A stretch of DNA of 63,958 nt, the filler included, from Thelocarpon superellum (Eukaryota): the NCBI GenBank assembly GCA_026025795.1. It is 15 parts of 15 records of this genome, joined end to end, with 100 filler letters (N's around TTAATTAATTAA, not from the genome) between each part and the next. Parts side by side here need not be neighbours in the genome. Positions count along the whole stretch, not along the records: positions 22,232 to 26,493 come from JAPEUG010000754.1; positions 26,594 to 30,818 come from JAPEUG010000755.1; positions 30,919 to 35,141 come from JAPEUG010000756.1; positions 35,242 to 39,423 come from JAPEUG010000757.1; 11 more parts are not named here. One strand, given 5' to 3'. This document shows positions 24,075-35,423 of this stretch, piece after piece. The notes beneath the pieces were generated by a model. The model searched no databases. It saw nothing but the letters and a program-made list of their open reading frames with translations, and was not told the DNA's origin. The translations under genes and the position numbers were made by a program. Every line of letters begins with the position of its first letter. The stretch's first letter is position 1.

Positions 24075-25863
24075 TCAGAGTGCGTTCAACAAGTCGCTAC
24101 GCTTGGTAGTAGTACTTCGATATCGAGACATGAAATCGTCATGATTGACTGTGACGGTCAGCGAGAGTGGTCTGGCAGAGTGTCTCTACTCACCGTACCC
24201 CCCGCACATCCTCCTGTCTCCCGTGTATGCAGACCGTCCGTGTAGCACTCGCCAATTGTCAAAGACTGATCAGGTCAGCCCTGGTCTGGAGAAGTGGCAC
24301 GAATCTTACTCAAAGGTCTTCCCGGTCGCAGCTGCTCCCAGTACTCCATCTCCTGACGTCTCAGGATCTGCGCCCATGTCCTCGCGGCATCATACCACGC
24401 CTCTAAATCTGCTTCACTGGCCCATTGGTCCATCGTGGCTCGATCGTCATTATTCCATCGGACTTGGAAGAGCGCTCCAGATCCAGGGTAACGGTTCAGG
24501 ATCGGCATGGGAAGGGCCGGCCGAATCGAGATGCCTTCATTCCCACTAGCATGCGTGGGTACGCGCACCTTGCTCAAGACGTTGTAGGCGGCCGGATCCT
24601 CCGTCTGTAGCTGCTCGGCTGCCGCAAAGCCATCAACGAGTAGTGACTCTCCCCCGGAGCCATTGGTATGGGAGAGCAAATGAAACAGCTGAAGGCCCGC
24701 GGGGTCGGAGAAGTAGGTCGTGTCGGTATGGGCGCCCAGCGCGAGTGACGTGTAGGCTGTGTCCTTGGACGCTAGGTCCCCTTTAAAGTCCCAGAAGCCT
24801 CCTAGGATAGTGTAAGCACAACTCAGTGACCGATTTCCGGCCGGTGAGGACTACCGTAATGGGTGTGCCGGATGAAAGCAATTCTCTCCAGGAGTTGTTG
24901 TGTGCTCTCTGGGTCAATTGGACAGCCATCAACATAGCAGAAGCCATATTCGCGCTGTTCCGGTCAGTGTGGATCCCCCAAAAGATAATCATCTTACAAT
25001 CTTCGCCGTCCAGTCTCGAACCCCCTCCTCTGATCTCATGACATCTTGAAAGTCGACCGTTGGAGGTGCTCGGTGGATTTGCGAACCCCAGGTCCGCAAC
25101 CTAGTCATATTCAGCATCTGCAAGGCACAAGTAGCACATGCCATACTTTTCTGGAGGAGACTCAGCCAAGCAAGGGTGATATGAATGACTTCGAAGCCAG
25201 TCCCACGTGTAGAGACTTTCATGACCATCATCCTCCCCTAATGAGCAATTAGCACCTGCGGGAAGGATACAGGGGAACTAAATACATTTGACTCGGAGCC
25301 CAATCTCCTCTCCACGAGCATGAGCGGCTTTGATATCTCGCGGGATCTGCAGAATCTATTAGCAATGGGTATGGAAGAGCGCAGCGTCGAAACATGCTGA
25401 CCGCAAACGTGTCCAAAAGCCTCTGCTTGGTGTCTTCGTGAAAGCAGCTGGAACATTGACAGTGATCTCTTGGAATCCATATCAGAGTCAGACACCGATA
25501 CGATCGGTCTCATGCGAATAAAGCTTACCGAAGCCAGAGATTATGACTATTGATAGTCGAGTTAGAGGGACATCATCTGGTATATTGCTCGACGTACAAA
25601 GATGAAGAGCCGCTCGACGGCCATGGAATTGTGATTCTTTTCGAGTCAAACGAGATTGCAGGATCTGCAGGCTCACGTCGACCCGTCGTGCTCGAGAATG
25701 CCCGTTGTTGATGCAACGGCCGACATTGTTGGTGGATTTCCAACTCCTCCCGTCCCACTGACAATGCCCCACGCACCTTGGAAAATCTTGAGAATCTCTT
25801 CAGGCCCGTGGCCTTAAGAGTACTTGACCTCCACGGGACAAACAGTGACCTAGATCGAGACAT
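24075..25863 (-). CDS. Trimethyllysine dioxygenase (TMLH, carnitine biosynthesis), about 10 introns, mitochondrial presequence
   Basis: FHNLWLRDHCQCSSCFHEDTKQRL zinc site, THYGGFWDF, ALGAHTDTTYFSDPAGLQLFH, GGESLLVDGF, QVRWNNDDR, FDNWRVLHGRSAYTGDRRMCGGY. Confidence 0.9.
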
Positions 25864-26085
25864 TGCGGGGACGTTGCGGTAGAATACAAAGCGTCGATTG
25901 CCTCGTCGCAACTTGGTGTGCTACTCGTGCCGAGGCTTGTGTTCCGTGCTGTACTTGTACCACATTCCTACACCTCAGGCCTCCATCGATTGACCAACAT
26001 CCAAAAGCCAAAAACAACAGCTTTTCAAAATGAAGAGTGATTTGAGATTAACATCCAGCAAAAATCGAAACTGGAACCGTCAAAA

Positions 26086-26166
26086 CGACGCGGATGGGAC
26101 TCGAACCCACAATCTTTGCCAGGTTCCGAACCGGAAAGCAACGCCTTACCATTAGGCCACCGCGCC
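26086..26166 (-). tRNA. tRNA-Arg(CCG) with a 9-nt intron
   Basis: GGCGCGG/CCGCGTC acceptor stem, D-arm GCCTAATGGTAAGGC, anticodon arm TTGCT-TTCCGG[TTCGGAACC]T-GGCAA, T-arm GTGGG-TTCGAGT-CCCAT, followed by TTTT Pol III terminator. Confidence 0.93.
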
Positions 26167-26295
26167 GTATCGTTCCATGATACTCCTTATATCGATATAT
26201 TAATCTAATCTGTTCTCCTTACCCTCAATTGTCTTCATATTCTTCATCTGAAGCTCAACGTAATATCACACACACTCTCCAATACATCTTCTTTC

Positions 26296-26493
26296 CTATA
26301 GCTTACTCCGCCCTTCTCCCACAGTCTTCATCAGGGCGCGGCCATTGCTCAAGACGACTTTACCCCCTGCCACGCGAGTGGTGAATCGAATTTCCTCCCA
26401 TCCGTCCTTGATCTCGCCCGTCATCCAGATCTCCGTGATCAACTTATCCCCCGGCTTCACCGGAGCGGCAAATCGGGCCTGGAACTCCTTCAG
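26296..26493 (-). CDS. C-terminus of a peroxisomal MaoC/hot-dog-fold dehydratase (enoyl-CoA hydratase 2-like), 5' truncated
   Basis: LKEFQARFAAPVKPGDKLITEIW...EIRFTTRVAGGKVVLSNGRAL...RSKL*; ends in canonical PTS1 SKL. Confidence 0.85.
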   Translation of the reverse strand: MKEFQARFAAPVKPGDKLITEIWMTGEIKDGWEEIRFTTRVAGGKVVLSNGRALMKTVGEGRSKL

Positions 26494-27661
26494 NNNNNNN
26501 NNNNNNNNNNNNNNNNNNNNNNNNNNNNNNNNNNNNNTTAATTAATTAANNNNNNNNNNNNNNNNNNNNNNNNNNNNNNNNNNNNNNNNNNNNTGCACGC
26601 ATATGGATTTGGTCGAGCACCCCTGGATCACGGAGCAAATTGTTGCATCATCGGACCGTTGGATCGTTCATTCGTTGGCGCCATCGCCGGGCCTCCTGGT
26701 GCTCATGGCAGGGAAGAGAGGGTGCAGCGGGTGTTGGGCGGTGGAAAGCTGCATTGAACAGGGCGCACGGGTGACTAGCGGACTCCTCCTCGCGTGGCCA
26801 TCGGGGAGCGGGCCAGGGCGTCAGCAAGCGGGTGAACGTGAATCGGCCCCGAGGACAAGATGACGAATGCCCTAGGGCAAACGACAGTCGCGGAATAGTA
26901 TTCCGCCGCATCGGATGACCGGGTCGGCCGGTGCGTGGTGGTAGTGCTCGTAGTGGTGGTGCGGTCCACGAAGCTTTGGGGCAAGGTTACTTCCGTGCCG
27001 TCCTCACCTCTGGCTCCTTCGCTCCTCTCGCTCCTCTCGCTCCTCGATGTAGTGCAGAGAGAACACACACGGGGTACGATAGTTTTCCTCGGAGCCTAGT
27101 TCACTATGTTCTTGCCTAGTCCACAGTCCAGGTACGCCGTCAAGCACAGATGTGGCACCCATGCTTCAGGGCACAGGTCTGGATAAGCTCACCAACCACA
27201 CCGCGTGTGCCCAGCGTAGACGAGAGGTCCACTTTTAAATCTAGACCAAGTGGGTCAAGTGTATAATTATAGAGCAGCGGGAGCTCCTCTAATCTTCCAC
27301 ATGAAGCCTTACCGACGAACGTGACACGAGATACGGCGACGCAGCGGCGCGGCTTCGGGCGATGGGGATGAAAGCACGGACGACGCAGGCTGAGGTTGAG
27401 GTGCGTCGAGGCGACGCGAATCAATCGGCGAGTTACTCGCGGCGAGTAGAGAAGACGCCTGGCACATGGGAACTCGACTACGGCCGAGAGGAGTGTGATG
27501 GCGACGCAATAAGATCCAACGTTATAGATATACAATCCCATCCGGAGTCCCCTGATCATGAAGATCCCCCAACCGAAATAACAACGCCCCATGTCCCACT
27601 CCTCTCTGCCCCTCCGGCCCTCGGACATCCCCCAACTTGACTTCTGAGCGATGCACGATTC

Positions 27662-28880
27662 CTAGCTAGCCTGACTCTCTACCTCCGTGCTCTTTGCCGC
27701 CGACGACGCTGATGCAGCCATCTGCCAGGCGGGAATGGCGGCCCGGTTAATGCTTCTCCCTTCCCTTGCTGTTCCTCCCCCTCCGACCGCCGACGGCGTG
27801 GCCGGCTCTTTCCGCGCCGTCGCGGGGAGCGCGGACGACTCGGTGGCGTCCACGCTGCCGTTGATCGTGTGGGTCCCATTCGTCGTGGCGCTGCCCGATG
27901 ACGGACCGCTGCTACTGCTGGCGGACCCCATACGATTACCCACCAAGGTCTTCAGACTCTTCAGTTCCGCATTCAGCTCCTTCAATCTCGTGTCCGTCGT
28001 CTCTTTGTGTGCTTCCATGGCGCGGGGGATCAGGTCACGTAGCCCGCGAATTTCGTCGTTGATCCGCCGCGCCTCGTCCTCCCGCCGCCGACTGGCGTCC
28101 TTGAGCTCCCCCACCACCGTGTCCACATCCTGGAGGGCCGTGTCCAGGTGTTGCGTGCGCGATTGTTCCGAGGCCTTGAGCGCTTCCGTATCCGATTGGA
28201 GCTGGTCAAGCAGGGCAAAGGCTTTGTTGAAGGACTCGTCGATCGACGCTTTGTCCGCCTCCAGTTGCGGCGTGGTCGGCGGAGCGATCAAGGGGTAGAT
28301 GTAGCGCTGCGAAGAAAGGGGTCAGATGCGGTGAGAACAATGAAGAGGCCTGGATCTACCTTGGCCACGAAGAACAATCCGTATCCCACACCGCCCACCA
28401 CGGTCGCCATGATGAACCAATCCCTCCAGTCACGTCGCGGGACGCTAGAGGCCGGTTAGCAGGTGCTGCTGACCCAATGCAGGCCGCACATACTCTGGAG
28501 CCTGCCCCGGCTGCCAATACCCCCCCGGATACCCTCCATATGCACCCGGCGGCGGCTGGCGCATCATCTGCTGATTTGGGTGGCCATAATTCGACGCGTT
28601 CCCTTGGGCGACTGAGGCCGGGTCTTCTCCCGCTCGCGCGAGGGCCGCCTCGACCTCTTCAGGCGTGAGGTTCTTCGATTGGAGAAAGGCGATGCGCTTG
28701 TCGAGCGGTGAGCTGGCAACTCCGGGATCTTGTAGGACTGCAGCGTACGGGCAGGTCAGTGACATGGCCGCTTCAGCCGGTCCTGACAAACTCACAGGTC
28801 ACCTGTATTTGTTAGCGTCTTCATCCACGGAAGGAATGAGCCTGACCTACCGCCGACGCAACCAAATCCTCGCGGACCAT
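27662..28880 (-). CDS. PEX14: Peroxisomal membrane docking protein Pex14; includes a 7-nt microexon 28796-28802
   Basis: MVREDLVASA|VT|FLQDPGVASSPLDKRIAFLQSKNLTPEEVEAAL N-terminal domain; RDWRDWFIMATVVGGVGYGLF transmembrane segment; coiled coil; IPAWQ motif. Confidence 0.95.
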
Positions 28881-29735
28881 CGTGAGGCGCTCTGCTGGTC
28901 GTAGGAGGCTGGTATGGATGACGTGCCTCTTTCACCACGCGAACGTGGCGTCGTCGAGCGTCGTTGCACTTCTCGGCCGAGAAGCTGTTGGTGTCAGTCA
29001 CGACGATCGATCGTCATCCCCGTCGGACTCGAAGAGGGCGAGGGTCGCGGTGGAAGGGATTGGGTGATGCAGGCTGGACACTGAATAACCCATGAGCCTC
29101 GGCATACGATAGCCTCATTTGGAGGAACTCAGGATCCCGCTGACCTAAGCACCTTCCCGGTGGCTGGAAGCTGGTGCTGGGTGGCTTCCTTCCCGTTGTG
29201 TCCTGGTTGAGGAACAGCGCGGCGCTAGTGATGATAAGGTTAGCGTCGATCACCCCAGGTGTCCGAAGGTCTACGGCGGAGTCGTTGTCGTTCAGATGCC
29301 ACGCACTTGGCGCGTACCGCGCACCAAAAATGTCTTCTGCCCTGGATCCATCCGTGGTTTTGGAACGAATGACTGTATTCAGATGACACTGATCTTTCCA
29401 TGGCCGTATCCTACTACTCATGCTGCGGTGCCCAACATGTGGGCTGCGAGCTTCCCAAGGTGCTTCGATGCAACTCATCCGACGCGGTTGGAAGTATCCT
29501 ACATCGTCGGCGGCTCTTCCGCATGCCCAAACGAGGCAGCGTTCAGCGTTGAGCCTTCGGCGTTCAGCCTTCGGCCTTCGGCCTGCATCTCCTGCTTATC
29601 CCGGCGTCTTTGCTCCGCTTGCATCTTGCCTTTCCCACACATGTCTAAGAGAACTCGACTGATGTGAGATCAAATTGTCAGCTTGGACATTAAAGGGCCG
29701 GTAGACTGGGAATTCGACGCCCTTCGGCCAAAGCA

Positions 29736-30818
29736 TTACTTCTTCGCTCTGGACTGCACGCTGAAAAAGGCACTCATTTTCTTCATGCCGCTCACGTCGG
29801 CCTTCTTCAGGTCACGCAGCCCGCGACTCTCGCCCGCCTTCTTGCGCTTCTCCTCCTCGTCCTTCTTTCGTTTCTTCTCGGCACGCGTCTCCGAGGCCTC
29901 GTCGTCCTCCTCGATTGACCGTTTCAGCGCGAAGTCCGACAGCGGTCGAGACTGGAGCGCTTCCCGACGGAGTTCCGCCAGGCGATCGAGATGCGCATCC
30001 AGAGGGGAGAAGTCGATGGAGGAGGATGACACGAGGAGAGATTGCAACGAGCGGGAGAGGGGCGGGGGGATGTAGCTGGCGACGAGATAGTGAAGGGCGG
30101 TCCGCACTCGGAGCAGGTGTGCAATGTGCCCGAATTCCGCTCCCGGGTTCGAGGCTGGCGTGGTCACGGCCGTGGCGATAGACCTGCTCGACTCGACGGA
30201 TTCCGATGTCTTGTCCGACAGATTGCTCACGTCGGCTGACAAGGTGGGTCGCATGGTTGAGTCAGGATGGGCCTTATCCTCGACTGCCGCCTCACCCGAG
30301 GGGAGGGTGGCTTCGCGCTTGATGGACAAGACGGGCGCATCGAGTGCTCGCCGCACCAGACTCTCCTCCAGGCTGGCGGGTAGGCCGTGGTCGACCATGC
30401 GTGTAGCTTTGGCGAGCAATTGCTGCAGCAAGGATTCGTCATTCAAGCGGTACATGCTCTCGTCGCCGGCCTCCACCTTGTCGCACACGGTAGCCAATCG
30501 GTCCTCCAGGCATTGTCGGGTTGGTGCATGTTCCAGGAGATGGGCAAAATGTGCGGATCGCTCGGAGAGCGTGTCAAAGTAGTCTTCGACGGAGAGAAAA
30601 CGCTCCTCGTGGGCGGCCTCTTTGGACGCAGGCGTTAGCGCCGGGAGGATGAGGAAGAGAGGATCGAGTGGGGTGGTGATGTAGAGGGCGGCGTCTTTGG
30701 AGACGTATCCATTGGAGATTTGTGGGGCCGCCGGAGTCTCTCGGGTTGCCTGGTTGGCTTTCTCCGCGGCCGGAGGAGGTGTCGGTCGCGATCGGGCAAG
30801 TAACCAACTCCGAGGACT
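29736..30818 (-). CDS. RNH202: Ribonuclease H2 subunit B (Rnh202/Ydr279), 5' truncated
   Basis: PRSWLL..GYVSKDAALYITTPLDPLFLILPAL, VCDKVEAGDESMYRLN..L..KA.RM..GLPASLEE, C-terminal LKKADVSGMKKMSAFF PIP-box. Confidence 0.88.
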   Translation of the reverse strand, partial: SPRSWLLARSRPTPPPAAEKANQATRETPAAPQISNGYVSKDAALYITTPLDPLFLILPALTPASKEAAHEERFLSVEDYFDTLSERSAHFAHLLEHAPTRQCLEDRLATVCDKVEAGDESMYRLNDESLLQQLLAKATRMVDHGLPASLEESLVRRALDAPVLSIKREATLPSGEAAVEDKAHPDSTMRPTLSADVSNLSDKTSESVESSRSIATAVTTPASNPGAEFGHIAHLLRVRTALHYLVASYIPPPLSRSLQSLLVSSSSIDFSPLDAHLDRLAELRREALQSRPLSDFALKRSIEEDDEASETRAEKKRKKDEEEKRKKAGESRGLRDLKKADVSGMKKMSAFFSVQSRAKK

Positions 30819-31117
30819 NNNNNNNNNNNNNNNNNNNNNNNNNNNNNNNNNNNNNNNNNNNNTTAATTAATTAANNNNNNNNNNNNNNNNNNNNNNNNNN
30901 NNNNNNNNNNNNNNNNNNAAGCAATCGTCCGTACTCGATTCCCCCCCCCACCTCTGGTCGGCACCGGTAACGATGTCATACCTTCGCGCCGCACTTGTCC
31001 GATAGCTACGCGAAAATCGGCGGACAGCCTGCTCGACGTGCCCCGCCTCCGCTCGAGTTCAACAAAATCATCTCACTGCACCCCCTCGTTGGACATTCCC
31101 ACGGCCATTGGACCACC

Positions 31118-32688
31118 ATGTCGCTATCCAATAAGCTCGCCATCACCGATGTGGATCTCAAGGACAAGCGCGTCCTCATCCGCGTAAGTCGCAGCCGCGG
31201 GAGCGTGCTCGAAGTTGCGACCTCGGTCGCGGACCAAGTGTTGGCTGATCATCCCGCTCCGTGCAGGTCGACTTCAACGTCCCGCTTGATGCCGACCTCA
31301 AGGTCACCAACAACCAGCGCATCGCCGGTGCGGTTCCGACCATTAAATATGCCGTCGAGCATCATGCCAAGGCCGTCATCCTCATGTCCCACCTGGGCCG
31401 ACCGGACGGAAAGCGCGCGGCCAAATACAGCCTCAAGCCCGTGGTGCCCGAGCTGGAGAAGCTCCTCGGCCGGAAGGTCACCTTCCTTGAAGACTGCGTC
31501 GGCAAGGAGATTGAGGAGACGGTCGCAACGGCCAGCGGCGGCGAGGTCATCCTGCTCGAGAATCTACGATTCCATATCGAAGAGGAGGGCAGCGCCAAGG
31601 ATACCGAGGGCAAGAAGCATAAGGCCGACCCAGAGCAGGTGAAGCAATTCCGACAAGGATTGACGGCCTTGGGCGATGTCTATATCAGTGAGCGAGCCCG
31701 TGTCTCCGCGTGTGACTCAAGTCGTCCCCACTGACGTGCGACGGGCGGCAGATGACGCCTTCGGCACGGCCCATCGTGCCCACAGCTCCATGGTCGGCGT
31801 CGAGCTGCCGCAAAAGGCAGCGGGCTTTCTCGTCAAGAAAGAGCTCGACTACTTCGCACAGGCGCTGGAGAAGCCGCAACGACCCTTCCTGGCCATCCTG
31901 GGCGGAGCCAAAGTGTCGGACAAGATCCAGCTGATCGACAACCTGCTCACCAAGGTCGACAGCCTCATCATCTGCGGCGGCATGGCCTTCACCTTCAAGA
32001 AGACCCTGGAGAATGTCAAGATCGGCAACAGCCTGTACGACGAGGCCGGTAGCAAGACGGTCGGCGACTTGATGAGGAAGGCTGAGAAGCATGGTGTGAA
32101 GATCGTCCTTCCCGTTGATTATGTCACGGGCGACAAGTTCGCCCCAGACGCCACGACTGGCTATGCCACGGATGCAGACGGCGTGCCGGATGGCTGGATG
32201 GGGCTCGACTGCGGCGAGAAGAGCATCGCGCTGTTCAAAGAGACTATCAACGAATCCAAGACGGTTTTGTGGAATGGGTTGGTCCTTCCGCAATTGGTCG
32301 GGTGGGAGTGTTGAGACTGACCTCTTCGTCAGACCACCGGGCGTCTTCGAGATGGACGCCTTTGCCACGGGTACCAAGGCCATGCTCGACGCCGCCGTGG
32401 ATGCCGCGCAACACGGCAAGATTGTCATCATCGGCGGTGGTGACACGGCCACGGTCGCCGCCAAGTACGGCGTCGAGGATAAACTAAGTCATGTGTCCAC
32501 TGGTGGCGGGGCGTAAGTCAAGTCACGCGATCTCCGATAACTGAGTGCTGATCTCGCGTGCACCGCAGATCTCTTGAGCTCCTCGAGGGCAAGGACCTCC
32601 CAGGCGTTTCGGCGCTTTCCGTACGTCGTCTTGTAGCCTTGGCCCCTCTTTGCGCATCACTAACGTCACCGTGATCTAGAGTAAGTAG
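31118..32688 (+). CDS. PGK1: Phosphoglycerate kinase, cytosolic isoform (...ALSSK*); introns 31184-31266, 31688-31751, 32278-32332, 32513-32568, 32621-32679
   Basis: [103 protein letters not shown]. Confidence 0.98.
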
Positions 32689-32729
32689 GCTCGTGTCTCG
32701 GTCGACGACGGAGCCTGACACGGGGGAAG

Positions 32730-32749
32730 AGTACACGTCCAGACTCTGA
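32730..32749 (+). other. PGK1: Predicted alternative terminal exon of PGK1 encoding (K)YTSRL* (PTS1)
   Basis: Donor GTAAGT at 32681, branch CTGAC at 32715, acceptors AAG/GAG at 32729/32731, then TAC ACG TCC AGA CTC TGA. Confidence 0.75.
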
Positions 32750-32978
32750 AGTGTCGGCGTGTCTGGTCCTTTCGGTGGGCCCGAAAAGAAAAGTTGGGAC
32801 AGCATGGAGGAAGCATGGGCTTGCAAACGGTACCTCTGGTCTCATCCCCGAGTCAAGACGTGCCATATAGAGCGATGCCATACAAACTAGGCGTAGATGA
32901 TGATGATGGCCTTTGCTCTGGTATGATACAATCTCGTCACACGGAGAACAAGGTAGACGCGAGAAAACGAGCAATCGC

Positions 32979-33412
32979 TCATCCCCGCTTATTCGCCTCC
33001 ACCTTCTTCAGCTCTTCCCTGGACGCAGAGTCTTGTCAGCAAACCATGCACATCAACCGTCGGGACCTCCTCGAAGCGACGGGACCACGTACTTCAACTG
33101 CGCCGAGAAGTCCTCGCTGGTATCGTCATCGTCCCAGCTCTCTTCCCAGAGATGCGTATTGGTCCCCGTCACCTCCGTCTCCTCCTGGGTCCAGTCTGCG
33201 TGGACAATCAAACCATCTGCCGTCAGCCTCGCGCAGTCTCCCCGGGCGCGAACAGAAGGGACCGACGGACCTTCTGTGGGGAAATCCTCAAACTCGTCGT
33301 CTTCCTCGAGCGCCGCCGTGGGCTTCACCGCATCCTTGTTGGCCTCTGTCGCAGCGGCATCGGACGTGGCGGCCTGGGTGGCCGAAGACGACCCTTGAGC
33401 TGGGGCCGACAT
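32979..33412 (-). CDS. SEM1: Proteasome lid/TREX-2 subunit Sem1/Dss1, 2 introns
   Basis: LEEDDEFEDFPTE|DW...HLWEESWDDDDTSEDFSAQLK|EELKKVE. Confidence 0.96.
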
Positions 33413-33877
33413 GGTGGGCGGGGGATGAGCCGGTCGTTGTGGGACCCTTGGGAAGAGTTTGGTTGAAAACAATGTCGGACGAGAGGGCATCGACGGACGA
33501 TTATCGCCTTAGGCGCCGCCCTTAACTAGGAGCGTCACCGGGCGCTACGCGCGCCTTACCTTCGGGCCTCCACGGGTAGCTGGCGGGTTCCCTTCGGTAC
33601 TCGTAAGCCAGGCGACCGCAGCAAGTCTAGACGAACGAAGCATTTCGATGACGGAAGCGATAGCGATTGAGCTGATATGTTACTTAGCGCTGACTACCAT
33701 TGTGCGTCGTTGCATGGCTCCCATGTCATGAAGCAAATCCCGACGGGTCCGCCTCGTCGATCGACATATCTTCAGTGGCCAGAAAATCCCAAGAAATGAA
33801 AGCAGTCTCTTTTTTTACCTACCTTGATACAATTCCCGAAACGCCGTCCAGCCTACGGACAACACTGGCAAGCAAGC

Positions 33878-35141
33878 ATGTTTCGCATAGGATCGTGGCT
33901 TGCCGGCACAACACCCAAAGCAGAACTCTCTCCAGAAGGGTCGGATGTGCAAGACGAGACTCTGGACCGTGAGTAGCTCTCACCTCGGGATGCGGTCCTG
34001 GCGCTGATATCACTTCTCCATGGGCTAGTCAACCATGCCTTACAAGGTGAGGAAGTGGGACAGCGGGGAGCTTACCATGCCTGCCAGGTCTGATGCTTGT
34101 CACATTACTTAGGGGCCTCACATATCATGAATGATGATATCGACACGGCCCTGGCCGAGCTTAACGAACGCAAGTCGGCCTATCATCAGGTGAGGGCCCC
34201 CAGACCCGGCCGCCGTCCTCGACCACCACGTCTTGCCCCCCACCCCGGGCAAAGGACGGTGACGCTGATGGCGGTGACGGACGGCGGCAGCTCGGGAGAG
34301 GGATCGTCTTCTTCCTGCAAGCCACGCTTGGATTCGAGCAGGACGTGATGCGGCAAGGTGACGACTAGCTTCGTCCCCGGTCCATTCGTGTCGGGTGGCT
34401 GATCGGGGGCACGCCACAGCCTCGACCTACCTCGCCGAGGCCGAAGCCATGGCGTACAAGGAACACCGCCAGGCCCAGCGCGATCCCAGGCCTCCCCGCT
34501 CCTCGATCTACCCCCCCGGTGCCGAGTATGCCCTCTGCACCGCCCAAGCGCAGCTCATGAGTGCCGTCGTCGCGGTACTGAATGAGAGCTTGACCGAGAG
34601 CATCCGCGGCTTCTACAAGTTGCGAAAGGCCTATGTCACGATGGATGCGCTCATCGATGCCGAACAGAAATATCTGGCCGGACGCCCCACCACGGATAAG
34701 GCAGCGTTGCCCTTGGGCGAAAAGGAAAATCGGGACCGACAATCCAGTGATCCGACGTCGGAAGAGGCCGTCTTCGCGGGCACGCTTGACAACTTCATTC
34801 ATTCTGGGGCCAGCCTGTGTTTTGGGCTCCTCCTGATCCTGATCTCGATGATTCCCCCCGCCTTCGGGCGATTGCTCTTCATCGTTGGCTTCAAGGGCGA
34901 TCGAGAACGTGGCGTGCAGCTGCTGTGGCGGGCCTCGAACCAGGAAGACATTCACGGGGCCATGGCCGGCCTGACGCTGCTTGGCTACTACAATAGCTTG
35001 AATGGATTCTGCGACATCCTGCCCGACGAGGGGGGCGAGCAGAGTTTTGGCTATCCCAAAGAACGATGCGACGCGCTCCTCGTACGCATGCGGACCCGCT
35101 ATCCCAACAGTCGCATGTGGTTGGTTGAAGAAGCCCGGCTC
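33878..35141 (+). CDS. IML2: Iml2/TTC39-family TPR protein, 3' truncated; 18-nt microexon 34029-34046
   Basis: MFRIGSWL, HIMNDDID.A, LG.GIVFFLQATLGFEQDVM, IYPPGAEYALC.AQAQLMSAVVAVLNESLTESIRGFYKLRKAY, FIHSGASLCFG..SMIPPAF.RLL.IVGFKGDRERG. Confidence 0.9.
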
Positions 35142-35241
35142 NNNNNNNNNNNNNNNNNNNNNNNNNNNNNNNNNNNNNNNNNNNNTTAATTAATTAANNN
35201 NNNNNNNNNNNNNNNNNNNNNNNNNNNNNNNNNNNNNNNNN

Positions 35242-35423
35242 GCTCTGGTCGAGAGTGAAGGTATCCCCGCCACCTGAAGGTCTCCAGCCCATGCCATTGT
35301 CGGCGAATCTACACTTGCCCGATTGTTTGGACAAGTCCAAGTAGATGTTCTCGAATGACTCCCTGAAGAAGGCTTCAGCATCTGGGCGTACGCTCTGGCC
35401 GATACTGCGACGGCGACTCACAT
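35242..35423 (-). CDS. POB3: FACT complex subunit Pob3/SSRP1, 5' end only; start codon split by intron 35363-35421
   Basis: MESFENIYLDLSKQSGKCRFADNGMGWRPSGGGDTFTLD matches the fungal Pob3 N-terminus. Confidence 0.88.

Noticed and set aside
29228..29393. Possible C/D-box snoRNA (GTGATGA ... CTGA) between PEX14 and RNH202
   Set aside because: No convincing terminal stem or rRNA-complementary guide seen; boxes this short occur by chance. An Infernal/Rfam search would settle it
32686..32718. Stop-codon readthrough of the PGK TAG as the route to a PTS1
   Set aside because: Readthrough gives ...ARVSVDDGA*, which is not a PTS1, and the context is not TGA-CTA; intron retention also gives no PTS1
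26296..32749. Apparent peroxisome gene cluster (SKL dehydratase, PEX14, PGK-SRL)
   Set aside because: The three genes lie on different contigs joined by artificial linkers; adjacency is an artefact of length sorting
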